A stretch of DNA of 64,000 nucleotides. Source: Chloroflexota bacterium (GTDB lineage Bacteria; Chloroflexota; JAJPGV01). The position numbers were made by a program, and so were the translations under genes. Under the pieces are notes generated by a model. It was given only the letters and a program-made list of their open reading frames with translations, was not told the DNA's origin and did no database searches. Position 1 is the stretch's first letter. Each line of letters begins with the position of its first letter. This document shows positions 39,116 to 48,008 of this stretch, piece by piece. Location: NCBI GenBank assembly GCA_021325635.1, contig JAJPGV010000018.1, positions 94,412-158,411 of the forward strand, given 5' to 3'.

Positions 39116-40327
39116 ATGAGCATGTCCGGCTTTTCACGGGTTGTGCGCGGCGCGCTCGCCACGGTGGGGGCGCTCGCGCTCCTGGTGGCCCTTCCTCTAT
39201 CCATGCAGGCAGCCTCGATCCGAACGGAGTCCGCCGTTCTCACGATCGGCCCCGGACAGACGGTGGACGACGACCTCTACGCCGCCGCCGGACAAGGTGT
39301 GAACATCCAGGGGACCGTCAACGGGAACGTCTTCGCCGCGGGTAACAACACGACAATCGGTGGGGTCGTGAATGGGGACGTCTTCGTGGCCGGATCCCAA
39401 ACCATCATCGCTGGCCGGGTCACCGGCAACGTGTACGCCGCGGGCAGCTCGGTCACCGTCTCCGGCTCCGTTGGGAAGGATTTGCTCACCTTCGCCGCGA
39501 GCGTCCAGCTCGAGCCGAGCGGCAGCGTGGGCCGTGATGCCCTGGTAAACGGTGGGAACATCAATCTGGCCGGTTCGATTGGCCGCAACCTCAACGCCAA
39601 CGGTCGCACGGTGGTCATAGGTGGCTCAGTCGGGGGGAATGTGGATGGCAACGCCAACAAGCTGAGCGTCAGTCCCGGAGCCGTTGTGAAGGGCAATCTG
39701 AGCTACACCACCGGCCAGCCGGCCGACGTCGCTGCCGGATCCGTGGCCGGCGCCGTCAACACTGCCACCCGGTCTCCTGCCCAGGCTGGGCGGCCCTCCT
39801 TCCTGGCCGCGGCCATCGGCTGGCTGCGGACAGTCGTGGGCCTGTTCGCCCTTGGGCTCCTCCTGCTGCTGCTGGTGCCAGGCTTTACCAAGCGGGCGAG
39901 CGACAAGCTCGGCGCTTCGCCCTGGGTGAGCCTCGCGTCCGGTGTCGCTCTCCTGCTGACGGTGCCGTTCGTGGCGCTGCTGGCGGTGATCGTCGGTGCG
40001 TTCCTTGGCGGCTGGTGGCTTGCCCTGGCGCTGCTGGCGCTCTATGGCATCGCGCTGCCCGTAGGCTATGTGCTGTCCAGCCTGTTCCTGGCCGGCTTCG
40101 TCGCTGAGCACGCGGCGAAGCTGCACGTGCACCTCATTTGGACGCTGCTCGCGGGCCTGGTGGTGTTGACCCTGGCTGGGCGCATCCCGTACGTTGGGCC
40201 ATGGATCAGCTTCGCCGCCCTGGTGTTCGGCTTTGGCGCGTTCGGCGCGACGCTGGCCGAACAGTTCCGGAAACCGCCAGCGGCGGCGCCCCAGGAGCCG
40301 ATGCGACCCATGCCTATGGCCGCCTAG
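39116..40327 (+). CDS. bactofilin-like beta-helical repeat protein with a signal peptide and a C-terminal 4-5 TM domain
   Basis: 403 aa. Signal peptide (ALLVALPLSMQAAS), then ~9 repeats of the G-x-V-x-G-N/D-V/L-x-x-A-G (bactofilin / DUF583-like) unit, then a hydrophobic multi-TM C-terminus. Confidence 0.55.
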   Translation: MSMSGFSRVVRGALATVGALALLVALPLSMQAASIRTESAVLTIGPGQTVDDDLYAAAGQGVNIQGTVNGNVFAAGNNTTIGGVVNGDVFVAGSQTIIAGRVTGNVYAAGSSVTVSGSVGKDLLTFAASVQLEPSGSVGRDALVNGGNINLAGSIGRNLNANGRTVVIGGSVGGNVDGNANKLSVSPGAVVKGNLSYTTGQPADVAAGSVAGAVNTATRSPAQAGRPSFLAAAIGWLRTVVGLFALGLLLLLLVPGFTKRASDKLGASPWVSLASGVALLLTVPFVALLAVIVGAFLGGWWLALALLALYGIALPVGYVLSSLFLAGFVAEHAAKLHVHLIWTLLAGLVVLTLAGRIPYVGPWISFAALVFGFGAFGATLAEQFRKPPAAAPQEPMRPMPMAA

Positions 40328-40477
40328 CCTAGCCGGCGGGCGGCGGTGGCTTCGGGAGCAGCGCCAGCAGCGATCCGAGGACCAGCGTTTCGCCTTAGCG
40401 TCGTGCGCGGTTCACATGACGTTACGGCTGTCTTTGTGCCTTATTTGGCCTCGCTGCGCCATAGTGTCGCTGGCAGC

Positions 40478-40699
40478 ATGAACTTCGAAACTACGTTCCC
40501 GGCGGGCGAAGTCGAAGCTGCGCTCGCTTCTCTCGAAGATGCCTCCTCGGCCGGCAAAGCCGCTGGCGACGCCATCCGATCGATCGTTGGCTCAGGAGCC
40601 TTTGGCCTAGACCGGCTGCTACACGTTCATGCCACGTTCTCAGAGCGAATGGTGGCGGTCCTCGTGAGGGTGGTCGAACGCCCGGAGGACGCCCGCTAG
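40478..40699 (+). CDS. hypothetical small protein (73 aa)
   Basis: ORF only. Confidence 0.2.
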   Translation: MNFETTFPAGEVEAALASLEDASSAGKAAGDAIRSIVGSGAFGLDRLLHVHATFSERMVAVLVRVVERPEDAR

Positions 40700-40727
40700 G
40701 GTTGAGCAGCGTTGGGCAATGGCGAGC

Positions 40728-41627
40728 TCACGCGGCCGCTGCGTGTGGCGCGGCAGTCCAGCGCACCTGCCGCGCTTCACCCACCGCGGCGAGGACGGCG
40801 TGCTTCACGCGATGGCCAATCTCGTCCGCTTCGCGAACCGATACTTCGTCGGCCAGGCCGCCGTCGATCTCCAGCACCAGCGAGCGGCCCAGCCAGCGCC
40901 CTCGGGCACTGGCCGACTGCACGCCGGGCACGGTCCGGGCGGCGATCTCGGCGGCCACGAGCTGATCGGGGTCAATGCCGTCCATGAGGTGCACGACGAT
41001 GTCCTTGGTCACCTCGAAGCCGACGTGGACGATGACCAGGGTGATCGCAAAGCCGGCCAGGGGGTCGCCTATCGGATATTCAAGCGCCACCAGCACCAGG
41101 CCGAGTAGAGCTCCGCCCGATGAAACAGCATCGAGCCAGGAGTGCTTTGCGTCGGCCAGGAGCGTGATGGAATTGATGCGCCGCCCCACGTGCGCCTTGT
41201 ACCGCGCTACCAGCTGGTTGCCCAGAATCCCAAGCAGCGCGCCGGCCATACCGGCGAAAACGTGTCCAATCCCGGTGTGCGACACCAGCTTCTCGTAGCT
41301 CTGGTGGCCGGCGAAGACCGCGCTCGACCAGATCACCAGCGCCACGCCCAGGCCGGCCAGATCCTCAGCTCGCTCGAAGCCATAGGGAAACTGCCGGCTA
41401 GCTGCTCGCTGGGACACCTTGAATCCCAGGAACACCGCCAGGGAGGTGGACACGTCGGACAGGTTGTGCAGGGCGTCGCCCAAAAGAGCGACGGAACCGG
41501 TGAAGAGAGCCAGCGCCAGCTCGATGCCACCGACCATTCCTAAGCCGATTGCCGACACGGCCACCGCCCGATTGGCCAGCCGGCGATGCTCTCGCTCTTG
41601 GCCTTGGTTAGCGCTGCTGCACGACAT
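40728..41627 (-). CDS. czcD: cation diffusion facilitator (CDF) family metal efflux transporter
   Basis: CDF signature HxxxD in TM2 and TM5 (LGDALHNLSDV; LLADAKHSWLDAVSS) plus a C-terminal cytoplasmic domain. Confidence 0.85.
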   Translation of the reverse strand: MSCSSANQGQEREHRRLANRAVAVSAIGLGMVGGIELALALFTGSVALLGDALHNLSDVSTSLAVFLGFKVSQRAASRQFPYGFERAEDLAGLGVALVIWSSAVFAGHQSYEKLVSHTGIGHVFAGMAGALLGILGNQLVARYKAHVGRRINSITLLADAKHSWLDAVSSGGALLGLVLVALEYPIGDPLAGFAITLVIVHVGFEVTKDIVVHLMDGIDPDQLVAAEIAARTVPGVQSASARGRWLGRSLVLEIDGGLADEVSVREADEIGHRVKHAVLAAVGEARQVRWTAAPHAAAA

Positions 41628-41991
41628 GTCGCTTCTCGCTGACGCCGGCAAGTGTCGGGCCGTGATCTGCCAATCCGTGCGTGAGGTGGTCGGCGTGGTT
41701 CAAGGCTTCCTGCAGCAGCTGGCTGGCGTGCACGTCGTTCATGGTGTAGAACATGAAGGTCCCTTCGCGCCGCTGCCGGACGATCCCGGCCAGCCGCAGT
41801 TTGGCGAGGTGCTGCGAAACCGCCGCCGTCTGCGCGCCGATGATCTCCGCCAGGCAGGTCACGGACTGCTCTCCCTGGGCTAGGGCCGAAAGCAGACGAA
41901 TCCTGGTGGGATCGCCCAGCATTTGGAAGGTGTCCGCGACCACCTGGACCTGTTCGTCCGAAGGCAGCCGTATATCAAGGTTTGCGTGCAT
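41608..41991 (-). CDS. ArsR/SmtB-family metal-sensing repressor
   Basis: HTH (LGDPTRIRLLSALA...CLAEIIGAQTAAVSQHLAKLRLAGIV) plus a C-terminal His-rich alpha5 site (HASQLLQEALNHADHLTHG). Overlaps the CDF start by 20 nt. Confidence 0.75.
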   Translation of the reverse strand: MHANLDIRLPSDEQVQVVADTFQMLGDPTRIRLLSALAQGEQSVTCLAEIIGAQTAAVSQHLAKLRLAGIVRQRREGTFMFYTMNDVHASQLLQEALNHADHLTHGLADHGPTLAGVSEKRHVVQQR

Positions 41992-41997
41992 ACGCAA
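41982..41997. promoter_or_regulatory. 6-4-6 palindrome TTGCGTgcatACGCAA overlapping the smtB-like start codon
   Basis: Candidate autoregulatory operator seen directly in the sequence. Confidence 0.35.
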
Positions 41998-42330
41998 GTA
42001 TGATAGACTGCGCAAGGCGCCCATCGTGGCGCAAGCTTGCCGGTCTTTGGACTGAGGAAAGGGGGTACGAGCGTCAGACGTGGATTCAGACGGTCGTCAT
42101 CAGCACAAGCTGACTCGCAGTTCGACTGCTGCATGGCGTTTGCACCCCGAAGAGCAAGCCTTCCGCATCCTGCCGTAGCCTCCGTCTTAACCTTTCATTG
42201 ACAGGCGCCTGGCATGGTGTCTCGAGGCCAGGCCAATCAGCGGGTCGCGCTGGCCTCCTTCCCAATCGACTCCGTCCCAGCAATCATCACGTCAGCTCGA
42301 GCCGATGAACGACGCTCAGAAGTCGCTATC

Positions 42331-44061
42331 ATGATGCGCTTTCCGACCGAGATCGGATCCCGGCAGCGGCCGGCCTTCGGCTGGATGGACGTTGTCGTGT
42401 TGGCAGGCGTCGCCGGACTCATCTATGGCTTTGTCCAGACCGCGTCGCAGTGGTTCGGGCCCTTCCACACCAGTGTGGAGATCTCGCTTTCGCCGCTGGC
42501 GCTGCCAGCGTACGCCGGGCTGTCCACGTTGCGCATGCTCCTGGCGTATCTGCTGTCACTGTCCTTCACCCTGGTGTACGGCGGTGTCGCGGCTTCTCAT
42601 CGCAGCGCAGAGCGACTCATGATCCCCATCCTGGATGTGCTGCAGAGCATTCCCATCCTGTCGTTCATGCCGGGCGTGGTGCTGGCTCTGGTGGCGCTCT
42701 TCCCCAAGACGGATCTGGGCGTCGAGCTGGCTTCAGTCATCCTGATCTTCACCAGCCAGGCCTGGAACATGACGTTCAGCTTCTATCACTCGGTGCGCAC
42801 CGTACCGCAGGAGCTGATCGAGGCCTCCCGTATGTACCGCCTCACCTGGTGGCAGCGCTTCTGGCGGCGGGACGTGGCCTTCTCAGTCATCGGCCTGGTG
42901 TGGAACAGCATGATGTCCTGGGCCGGCGGCTGGTTCTTCCTGATGGCGGCGGAGACGTTTACCCTGGGCGACAAAGACTTTCGCCTGGCGGGCCTGGGCT
43001 CCTATCTTCAAGCCGCCGCCAATGAGGGCAACAGCGCTGCCATCGTCCTCGGGCTGGTCACCTTGGTCGCGCTCATCGTGCTCATCGACCAGATCCTGTG
43101 GCGGCCGCTGATCGCTTGGTCGGATCGCTTCAAGATGGAGCTCACGGAGTCGGCGGATGCGCCGCAGTCGTGGTTCCTGGACCTGCTGCAGCGGTCGGCG
43201 CTGCTGCACTCGCTGTCCGCGGCGCTGCGGCACGCTCAGGCCAGGATCGCCGATGCTCGGACTCGTTCTGCCAGGCGGCCCCAGCCTTTGCAGCCCCCTT
43301 CCCGCGGCCTCTGGATCGAGCGTGCCGTTGGCTGGCCGGTGACAGCGGGGCTGCTCGCGTTGGCGGTCCTCGGTGTCTGGCGCATCCTGGGATTGTTGAC
43401 TGACGTGGGCGCGGCGTCTCTGGGCGGCATTGTGCTCGACTTCTTCCTGACCCTGTCGCGGGTGGCCGGCGCCCTGATCGTCGGCGCGGTGTGGACGGTC
43501 CCGGTGGGCGTGGCCATCGGGCTGAATCCCCGCTTGTCTCGGATCCTGCAACCGGTCGTGCAGGTCGTGGCCTCCATTCCCGCGACCGCCGTGTTTCCCA
43601 TCATCGTGGCGGCGCTGCTGTCGGTTCGTGGCGGGCTCAACGTCGCTTCGGTGCTGCTCATGCTGCTGGGCACGCAGTGGTACGTGCTGTTCAACGTCAT
43701 CGCCGGAGCCATGGCCATTCCGACCGACATGCGCCAGGCCGCGGCTCTGTTTGGCGTCCGAGGCTGGTTGTGGTGGCGGCGCTTGGTTCTGCCCTGCATT
43801 TTCCCGTATCTCATCACCGGGCTGCTGACCGCCACGGGCGGAGCCTGGAATGCCTCGATCGTGTCCGAGTACGTCACGTACCACGATCGGAGCTTCAGCG
43901 TCGCCGGCCTCGGGTCAGCTATTACGAGCGCGGCGGCAAACGGCCGGTATGACCTGCTGTTCGCCTCGACCCTGACCATGGCCGTTGGGGTCGCGCTCAT
44001 CAATCGCCTGCTGTGGAAGCGGCTCGCCCGCATGGGCGAGGAGCGCTTTAGACTGGACTAA
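42331..44061 (+). CDS. ABC transporter permease with two fused NitT/TauT-type transmembrane domains
   Basis: 577 aa with two tandem permease domains. The first carries an EAA-like loop (ELIEASRMYRLTWWQRFWRRD). Confidence 0.8.
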   Translation: MMRFPTEIGSRQRPAFGWMDVVVLAGVAGLIYGFVQTASQWFGPFHTSVEISLSPLALPAYAGLSTLRMLLAYLLSLSFTLVYGGVAASHRSAERLMIPILDVLQSIPILSFMPGVVLALVALFPKTDLGVELASVILIFTSQAWNMTFSFYHSVRTVPQELIEASRMYRLTWWQRFWRRDVAFSVIGLVWNSMMSWAGGWFFLMAAETFTLGDKDFRLAGLGSYLQAAANEGNSAAIVLGLVTLVALIVLIDQILWRPLIAWSDRFKMELTESADAPQSWFLDLLQRSALLHSLSAALRHAQARIADARTRSARRPQPLQPPSRGLWIERAVGWPVTAGLLALAVLGVWRILGLLTDVGAASLGGIVLDFFLTLSRVAGALIVGAVWTVPVGVAIGLNPRLSRILQPVVQVVASIPATAVFPIIVAALLSVRGGLNVASVLLMLLGTQWYVLFNVIAGAMAIPTDMRQAAALFGVRGWLWWRRLVLPCIFPYLITGLLTATGGAWNASIVSEYVTYHDRSFSVAGLGSAITSAAANGRYDLLFASTLTMAVGVALINRLLWKRLARMGEERFRLD

Positions 44062-44074
44062 GGAGCGAGAACAC

Positions 44075-45382
44075 ATGGCCAGGGTAGCCACCAAGGTCAT
44101 TCTGGAAGCCAGCGGCATCGTCAAGTACTACGACGGGTCCAAGCATCCCATCCTCGTGCTGGACCACGTCGACCTGGGCGTGCGGCGGGGCGAGTTCCTG
44201 GCTATCCTCGGCCCGTCGGGATCCGGCAAGTCCAGCCTTCTGCGCATCCTGGCTGGTCTGGCTGAGCCGACGCAGGGTGAGGTGTGGTTCGACGGCCAAC
44301 GTCAGGTGGGCGTGAACCCACGGGCAGCGATGGTCTTTCAGAGCTTTGCCCTGTTCCCCTGGCTTACGGTGCAGGAGAACGTCGAGCTCGGCCTGGAGGC
44401 CCGCAGCGTAGCCACTGCCGAGCGTCGCGAGCGGGCGCTCCGGGCTATCGATCTCATTGGACTCGACGGCTTCGAAACCGCCTATCCCAAGGAGCTCTCG
44501 GGCGGAATGCGGCAGCGCGTGGGCTTTGCGCGAGCGCTGGTTGTCGAGCCGGAGATCCTGATGATGGACGAACCATTCTCAGCGCTCGACGTCCTGACCG
44601 CCAGCAACCTGCGGGAAGAGCTGCTGGACCTGTGGCTGGAAAAGAAGATGCCCATGCAGGCCATCATCATGGTCACGCACAATATCGATGAAGCAGTCCT
44701 CATGGCCGACCGCATCATCGTGCTCGGCCACGACCCGGGACGGGTGCGAGCCGACGTTGAGGTCGCCCTGCCGCGGCCCCGCAACGTCAAGGACGTGCGC
44801 GAGCAGGCGCTGGTGGACCGCATCTACCGCCTCCTGACCCATCCCGAAGAGGAGTACCCGGCGGTCGAGGTGCCCTTGGCCGTCCCGGTTCAGCGTCCGC
44901 ACGTGACGCTGCCTCACGCCGACATCGGCTCGCTCATTGGCCTGGCGGAGCTGGTGGCCAATCGCGGCGGGCGGGAGGACCTGTACGACCTTGGGCGGGA
45001 CCTGCAGATGGAGATTGACGATCTGCTGCCCCTGGTCGAGGCCATGGAGCTGCTGGGCCTGGCCACAATTTCGGAAGGCGATATCGAGCTTTCGCGGGCC
45101 GGCCGCCAGCTGGCCGAGGGCGGTATCCAGGACGACAAAGCGCTGCTGCGGGAGCAGATCGTTCGCCACGTGGAGCCCATCCGGGAGATCGTGGAGCGGC
45201 TCGAGGCAGAGCCTTCACGCAAGCTCAGCTGGGACGAGCTGCACGAAGAATGGCAGCGCTTCTTCTCGCCTGAGGAGGCCGAAAACCAGATCGAGACCGC
45301 CATCGACTGGGGTCGCTACGCCGAGCTGTTCGCCTACGACGAGGACAGCGGCAACCTCTACCTCGAAAACCCGGAAAGCTAG
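44075..45382 (+). CDS. ABC transporter ATP-binding protein with an ~180-aa C-terminal extension domain
   Basis: Walker A GPSGSGKSS, signature LSGGMRQRV and Walker B ILMMDEP. The acidic C-terminal domain is of unknown function. AAGGAG RBS. Confidence 0.85.
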   Translation: MARVATKVILEASGIVKYYDGSKHPILVLDHVDLGVRRGEFLAILGPSGSGKSSLLRILAGLAEPTQGEVWFDGQRQVGVNPRAAMVFQSFALFPWLTVQENVELGLEARSVATAERRERALRAIDLIGLDGFETAYPKELSGGMRQRVGFARALVVEPEILMMDEPFSALDVLTASNLREELLDLWLEKKMPMQAIIMVTHNIDEAVLMADRIIVLGHDPGRVRADVEVALPRPRNVKDVREQALVDRIYRLLTHPEEEYPAVEVPLAVPVQRPHVTLPHADIGSLIGLAELVANRGGREDLYDLGRDLQMEIDDLLPLVEAMELLGLATISEGDIELSRAGRQLAEGGIQDDKALLREQIVRHVEPIREIVERLEAEPSRKLSWDELHEEWQRFFSPEEAENQIETAIDWGRYAELFAYDEDSGNLYLENPES

Positions 45383-45465
45383 GACCGCTGCGCTTATCGA
45401 GTCCTTAAGCGCAGCTTACCCAATTCGTATAGCAGATAGCTATAGTCCAGGCTGGAGTCGCTGAG

Positions 45466-46167
45466 ATGTTCTTCCCCTTTTTGCTTCCCGGTTGGTGGCT
45501 GCTGCTGCCGGCCGTCGCCTTTGTGATGTACTCGCAGTGGAAGGTCAAGTCGACCTACCAGCGCTACGCTCGCATGCCGTCGACCTACCGGCTCAGCGGC
45601 GCTCAAGTAGCGCGCCGTCTGCTCGATGACCAGGGCCTGCACGAGGTCGCGGTCCAGCCCATCGCCGGCGCCTTGACCGATCGCTACGATCCAGCGAAGA
45701 AAACGCTCGGCCTGTCGCAGGGTGTCTACGACGGCGCATCTGTCGCGGCAGTGGGCATCGTGGCGCATGAGATTGGTCATGCGCTCCAGGATGCACGGGG
45801 CTACTCGCCAATGAAGATACGCTCCAGCCTGGTGCCCGCGGCCAACTTCGGCTCGATGCTCGGGCCCTGGCTCATCATGGCCGGGCTGTTCGTGAACGCG
45901 TTCCATGGCTTGCTCGGCATCGGCGTCGTCGTCTTTGCGGCGGCCGTGCTGTTCCAGCTCGTAACCCTGCCGGTGGAGCTCGATGCCAGCAGGCGCGCTC
46001 TGGCCCTGCTGACGGCGAGTGGTTTCGTTGACCGCACCGAGCTCAGCCAGACGCGGAAGGTCCTCAGCGCGGCGGCGTTGACCTATGTCGCGGCGGCGGC
46101 CGTCGCAGTCATGCAGCTGCTCCAGTTCGGCCTCTTGCTGTCGGGCGGAGGGAGAAGCCGGAACTAG
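45466..46167 (+). CDS. putative neutral zinc metallopeptidase (membrane, HExxH)
   Basis: N-terminal TM, HEIGHALQD zinc motif and C-terminal TM helices (Zn_peptidase_2-like). Confidence 0.65.
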   Translation: MFFPFLLPGWWLLLPAVAFVMYSQWKVKSTYQRYARMPSTYRLSGAQVARRLLDDQGLHEVAVQPIAGALTDRYDPAKKTLGLSQGVYDGASVAAVGIVAHEIGHALQDARGYSPMKIRSSLVPAANFGSMLGPWLIMAGLFVNAFHGLLGIGVVVFAAAVLFQLVTLPVELDASRRALALLTASGFVDRTELSQTRKVLSAAALTYVAAAAVAVMQLLQFGLLLSGGGRSRN

Positions 46168-46261
46168 GCGAAGGCACGCACCCGGACGGCGTGCGGCCGG
46201 TGCCCGGGTCCGGGCCCGGACAGCCGCTGGACATGCGTGGACAGGGCTTGGCGCGAGTCAA

Positions 46262-47254
46262 TCACGGGCTCCGTTCCAACGCCGCCTGCAAGGCTTGCAG
46301 CTGCTCGGTCTGCCACTGCTGGTAGGTCTTGCCGGGTGGCTCGGTCTCCGACACACCCACCACCGGAACGTTGTTCTGTTCGGCCAGGCTCTGCATCTGC
46401 GTCGTGATTGGCGTGACGGCCTGCGAGTTGTAGATCAGCGCCTTGAGGGCGCGCGACGTCAGCTGCTGGCGGAACTGCGCGACTGCGGCGGCCGGCGGAT
46501 CGTTGCCCGCTTCGACCGCCCGTTGAAAGGTACCTTCCTTGTCGACCACGTCCAGCCCGAGCGCCTCGGCCATGTAGTCGAACACCGGCTCGGTCGGCAG
46601 CACCTTGGCACCGGCGTGCTTGGCTCGTATCGCCGCGATCTGGTCCTGAAGCGGCTTCAGGGAGGCGTCGAAGCTGTGTACGGCCGCGTCGAAGTCGGCC
46701 CTATCAGCCGGATCGAGCTGGCCGAGATCATCGGCTATGGCCTGGGCCACCAGCGGCATGGTCTTGGGGTCGTACCACAGATGGGGATTGGCGTCGTCCG
46801 CGGCGCCCGTGAGCTTGGGGGCGTCGACCACCAGGCGACCCTGCTGCGGCGAAGCCGCGAGCAGCTTGTCCATGAAGGCGTCATAGCCCACGCCGTTCTT
46901 AATGACCAGCCGCGCGTTGGCGATGGCTTTGGCATTGTCAACGTTGGATTCGTACAGATGCGGGTCGATGCTCGGGTCGGACAGGATGCTCGTGACCTTC
47001 ACGTGTTGTCCGCCAATCTGCGATGCCACGTCGCCATAGAAGTTCTCCGCCGCGACGACCAGGATGGCGGCCGGCGCCGCGGCTGAACCTGCCGCCGCGC
47101 CCCCCTGACTTCCCGATGCGGCCACGAGGGGGCTCGCGCTCGAGCTTGTACCAGCCGCCGGGGCCGAGCTCCTGCCGCAGCCGGCGAGCAGGGCGCACGT
47201 GAGCAGCCCCACCTGCCACACCCAGGTCCTCAGACGAACGAGCCCGATCTTCAT
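46262..47254 (-). CDS. metal ABC transporter substrate-binding lipoprotein (ZnuA/TroA cluster A-I)
   Basis: Lipobox LLAGCG, a Gly/Ala/Ser linker, and a ZnuA-like pattern (NFYGD...DPHLYES...). Confidence 0.8.
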   Translation of the reverse strand: MKIGLVRLRTWVWQVGLLTCALLAGCGRSSAPAAGTSSSASPLVAASGSQGGAAAGSAAAPAAILVVAAENFYGDVASQIGGQHVKVTSILSDPSIDPHLYESNVDNAKAIANARLVIKNGVGYDAFMDKLLAASPQQGRLVVDAPKLTGAADDANPHLWYDPKTMPLVAQAIADDLGQLDPADRADFDAAVHSFDASLKPLQDQIAAIRAKHAGAKVLPTEPVFDYMAEALGLDVVDKEGTFQRAVEAGNDPPAAAVAQFRQQLTSRALKALIYNSQAVTPITTQMQSLAEQNNVPVVGVSETEPPGKTYQQWQTEQLQALQAALERSP

Positions 47255-47460
47255 GTCCGATCCAACTAGAGACGATATCTCGCCTCAGTCTAGCAGAATG
47301 CCCAGCTCGGATGATGAACGGTCGCTTGCTCAGGCCGTGCTATATTGCAGCCGCAGTGGAACGCGACGTCTTCTATTCCGACTCAGACCGAGACTCGTAC
47401 GCGTTCTTTTCGGCGCGAGTAGCCTAACCCTCTAGGCGGCGGCTCCTCCGTCGAAAAGAC

Positions 47461-47547
47461 GGGGAGGATGCCGCGTGGTCGCGCATCTGGTCTGTAACAC
47501 CGGAGCTCTCCCGAGCAATGCAGGTTCGATTCCTACCCTCCCCACCA
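47461..47547 (+). tRNA. tRNA-Tyr (GTA), class II with long variable arm, CCA encoded
   Basis: Acceptor GGGGAGG/CCTCCCC and anticodon arm CTGGT-CTGTAAC-ACCGG; T-loop TTCGATT. One C·A mismatch in the T-stem. Confidence 0.65.
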
Positions 47548-47593
47548 CAGCAGCCCCATGCACTTTCACAATCGAATACTGCTTGTTTGTTCA

Positions 47594-47686
47594 GGGGAGA
47601 TGGTCGAGCGGTCCAAGACGCGGCTCCGGAAATGCCGTGGGTGGGTTCTGTCCCGCCCCGAGGGTTCGAATCCCTCTCTCCCCGCC
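47594..47686 (+). tRNA. tRNA-Ser (GGA), class II; CCA not encoded
   Basis: Acceptor GGGGAGA/TCTCCCC, U8-G9, D-arm GTC-GAGCGGTCCAA-GAC, anticodon loop CCGGAAA, long variable arm, T-arm GAGGG-TTCGAAT-CCCTC. Position 33 is C and the 31-39 pair is U·U. Confidence 0.55.
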
Positions 47687-47689
47687 TTC

Positions 47690-47777
47690 CGAGAGGTGGC
47701 AGAGTGGCTTATTGCACCGCCTTCGAACAGCGGCAGGGGCGCAGCGCTCCTCATGGGTTCAAATCCCATCCTCTCGG
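47690..47777 (+). tRNA. tRNA-Ser (CGA), class II; C1-G72, CCA not encoded
   Basis: Acceptor CGAGAGG/CCTCTCG, D-arm GCA-GAGTGGCTTATT-TGC, anticodon arm CCGCC-TTCGAAC-AGCGG (C·A at 31-39), T-arm ATGGG-TTCAAAT-CCCAT. Confidence 0.55.
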
Positions 47778-47784
47778 CTTGCAT

Positions 47785-47860
47785 GGTCTCGTGGTGTAGT
47801 GGCCAGCACACGACCCTGTCAAGGTCGGGGGGCCGGGTTCGATTCCCGTCGAGACCGCCA
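47785..47860 (+). tRNA. tRNA-Asp (GTC), CCA encoded
   Basis: Acceptor GGTCTCG/CGAGACC, D-stem GTGT/GCAC, anticodon arm CGACC-CTGTCAA-GGTCG, T-loop TTCGATT. Confidence 0.8.
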
Positions 47861-47861
47861 A

Positions 47862-47947
47862 GGAGAGCAACTGGCTGGATGAAGAAGCGCTCCTGAAAAG
47901 CGCCGGGCAGCAATGCCTTCGGGGTTCGAGTCCCCGGCTCTCCGCCA
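47862..47947 (+). tRNA. tRNA-Ser (TGA)-like class II tRNA with no foldable D-stem (possible pseudo-tRNA), CCA encoded
   Basis: Acceptor GGAGAGC/GCTCTCC, perfect anticodon arm GCGCT-CCTGAAA-AGCGC, variable arm GGGCA-GCAA-TGCCT, T-arm CGGGG-TTCGAGT-CCCCG. The 18-nt region between acceptor and anticodon arm has no complementary D-stem. Confidence 0.4.
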
Positions 47948-48008
47948 AAGCTGAAAGGCAAGGAAGCGGCAGTCCTTGGCTTTGGGCTAGCGAAAGGCGA
48001 ACCTCTCC

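Noticed and set aside
47594-47686. Possibility that the second tRNA is tRNA-Pro (CGG) or tRNA-Sec
   Set aside because: Class II architecture (U8-G9, GAGCGG D-loop, long variable arm) fits Ser. No UCA anticodon and no 8-bp acceptor stem, so Sec is rejected. Pro would need a class I structure.
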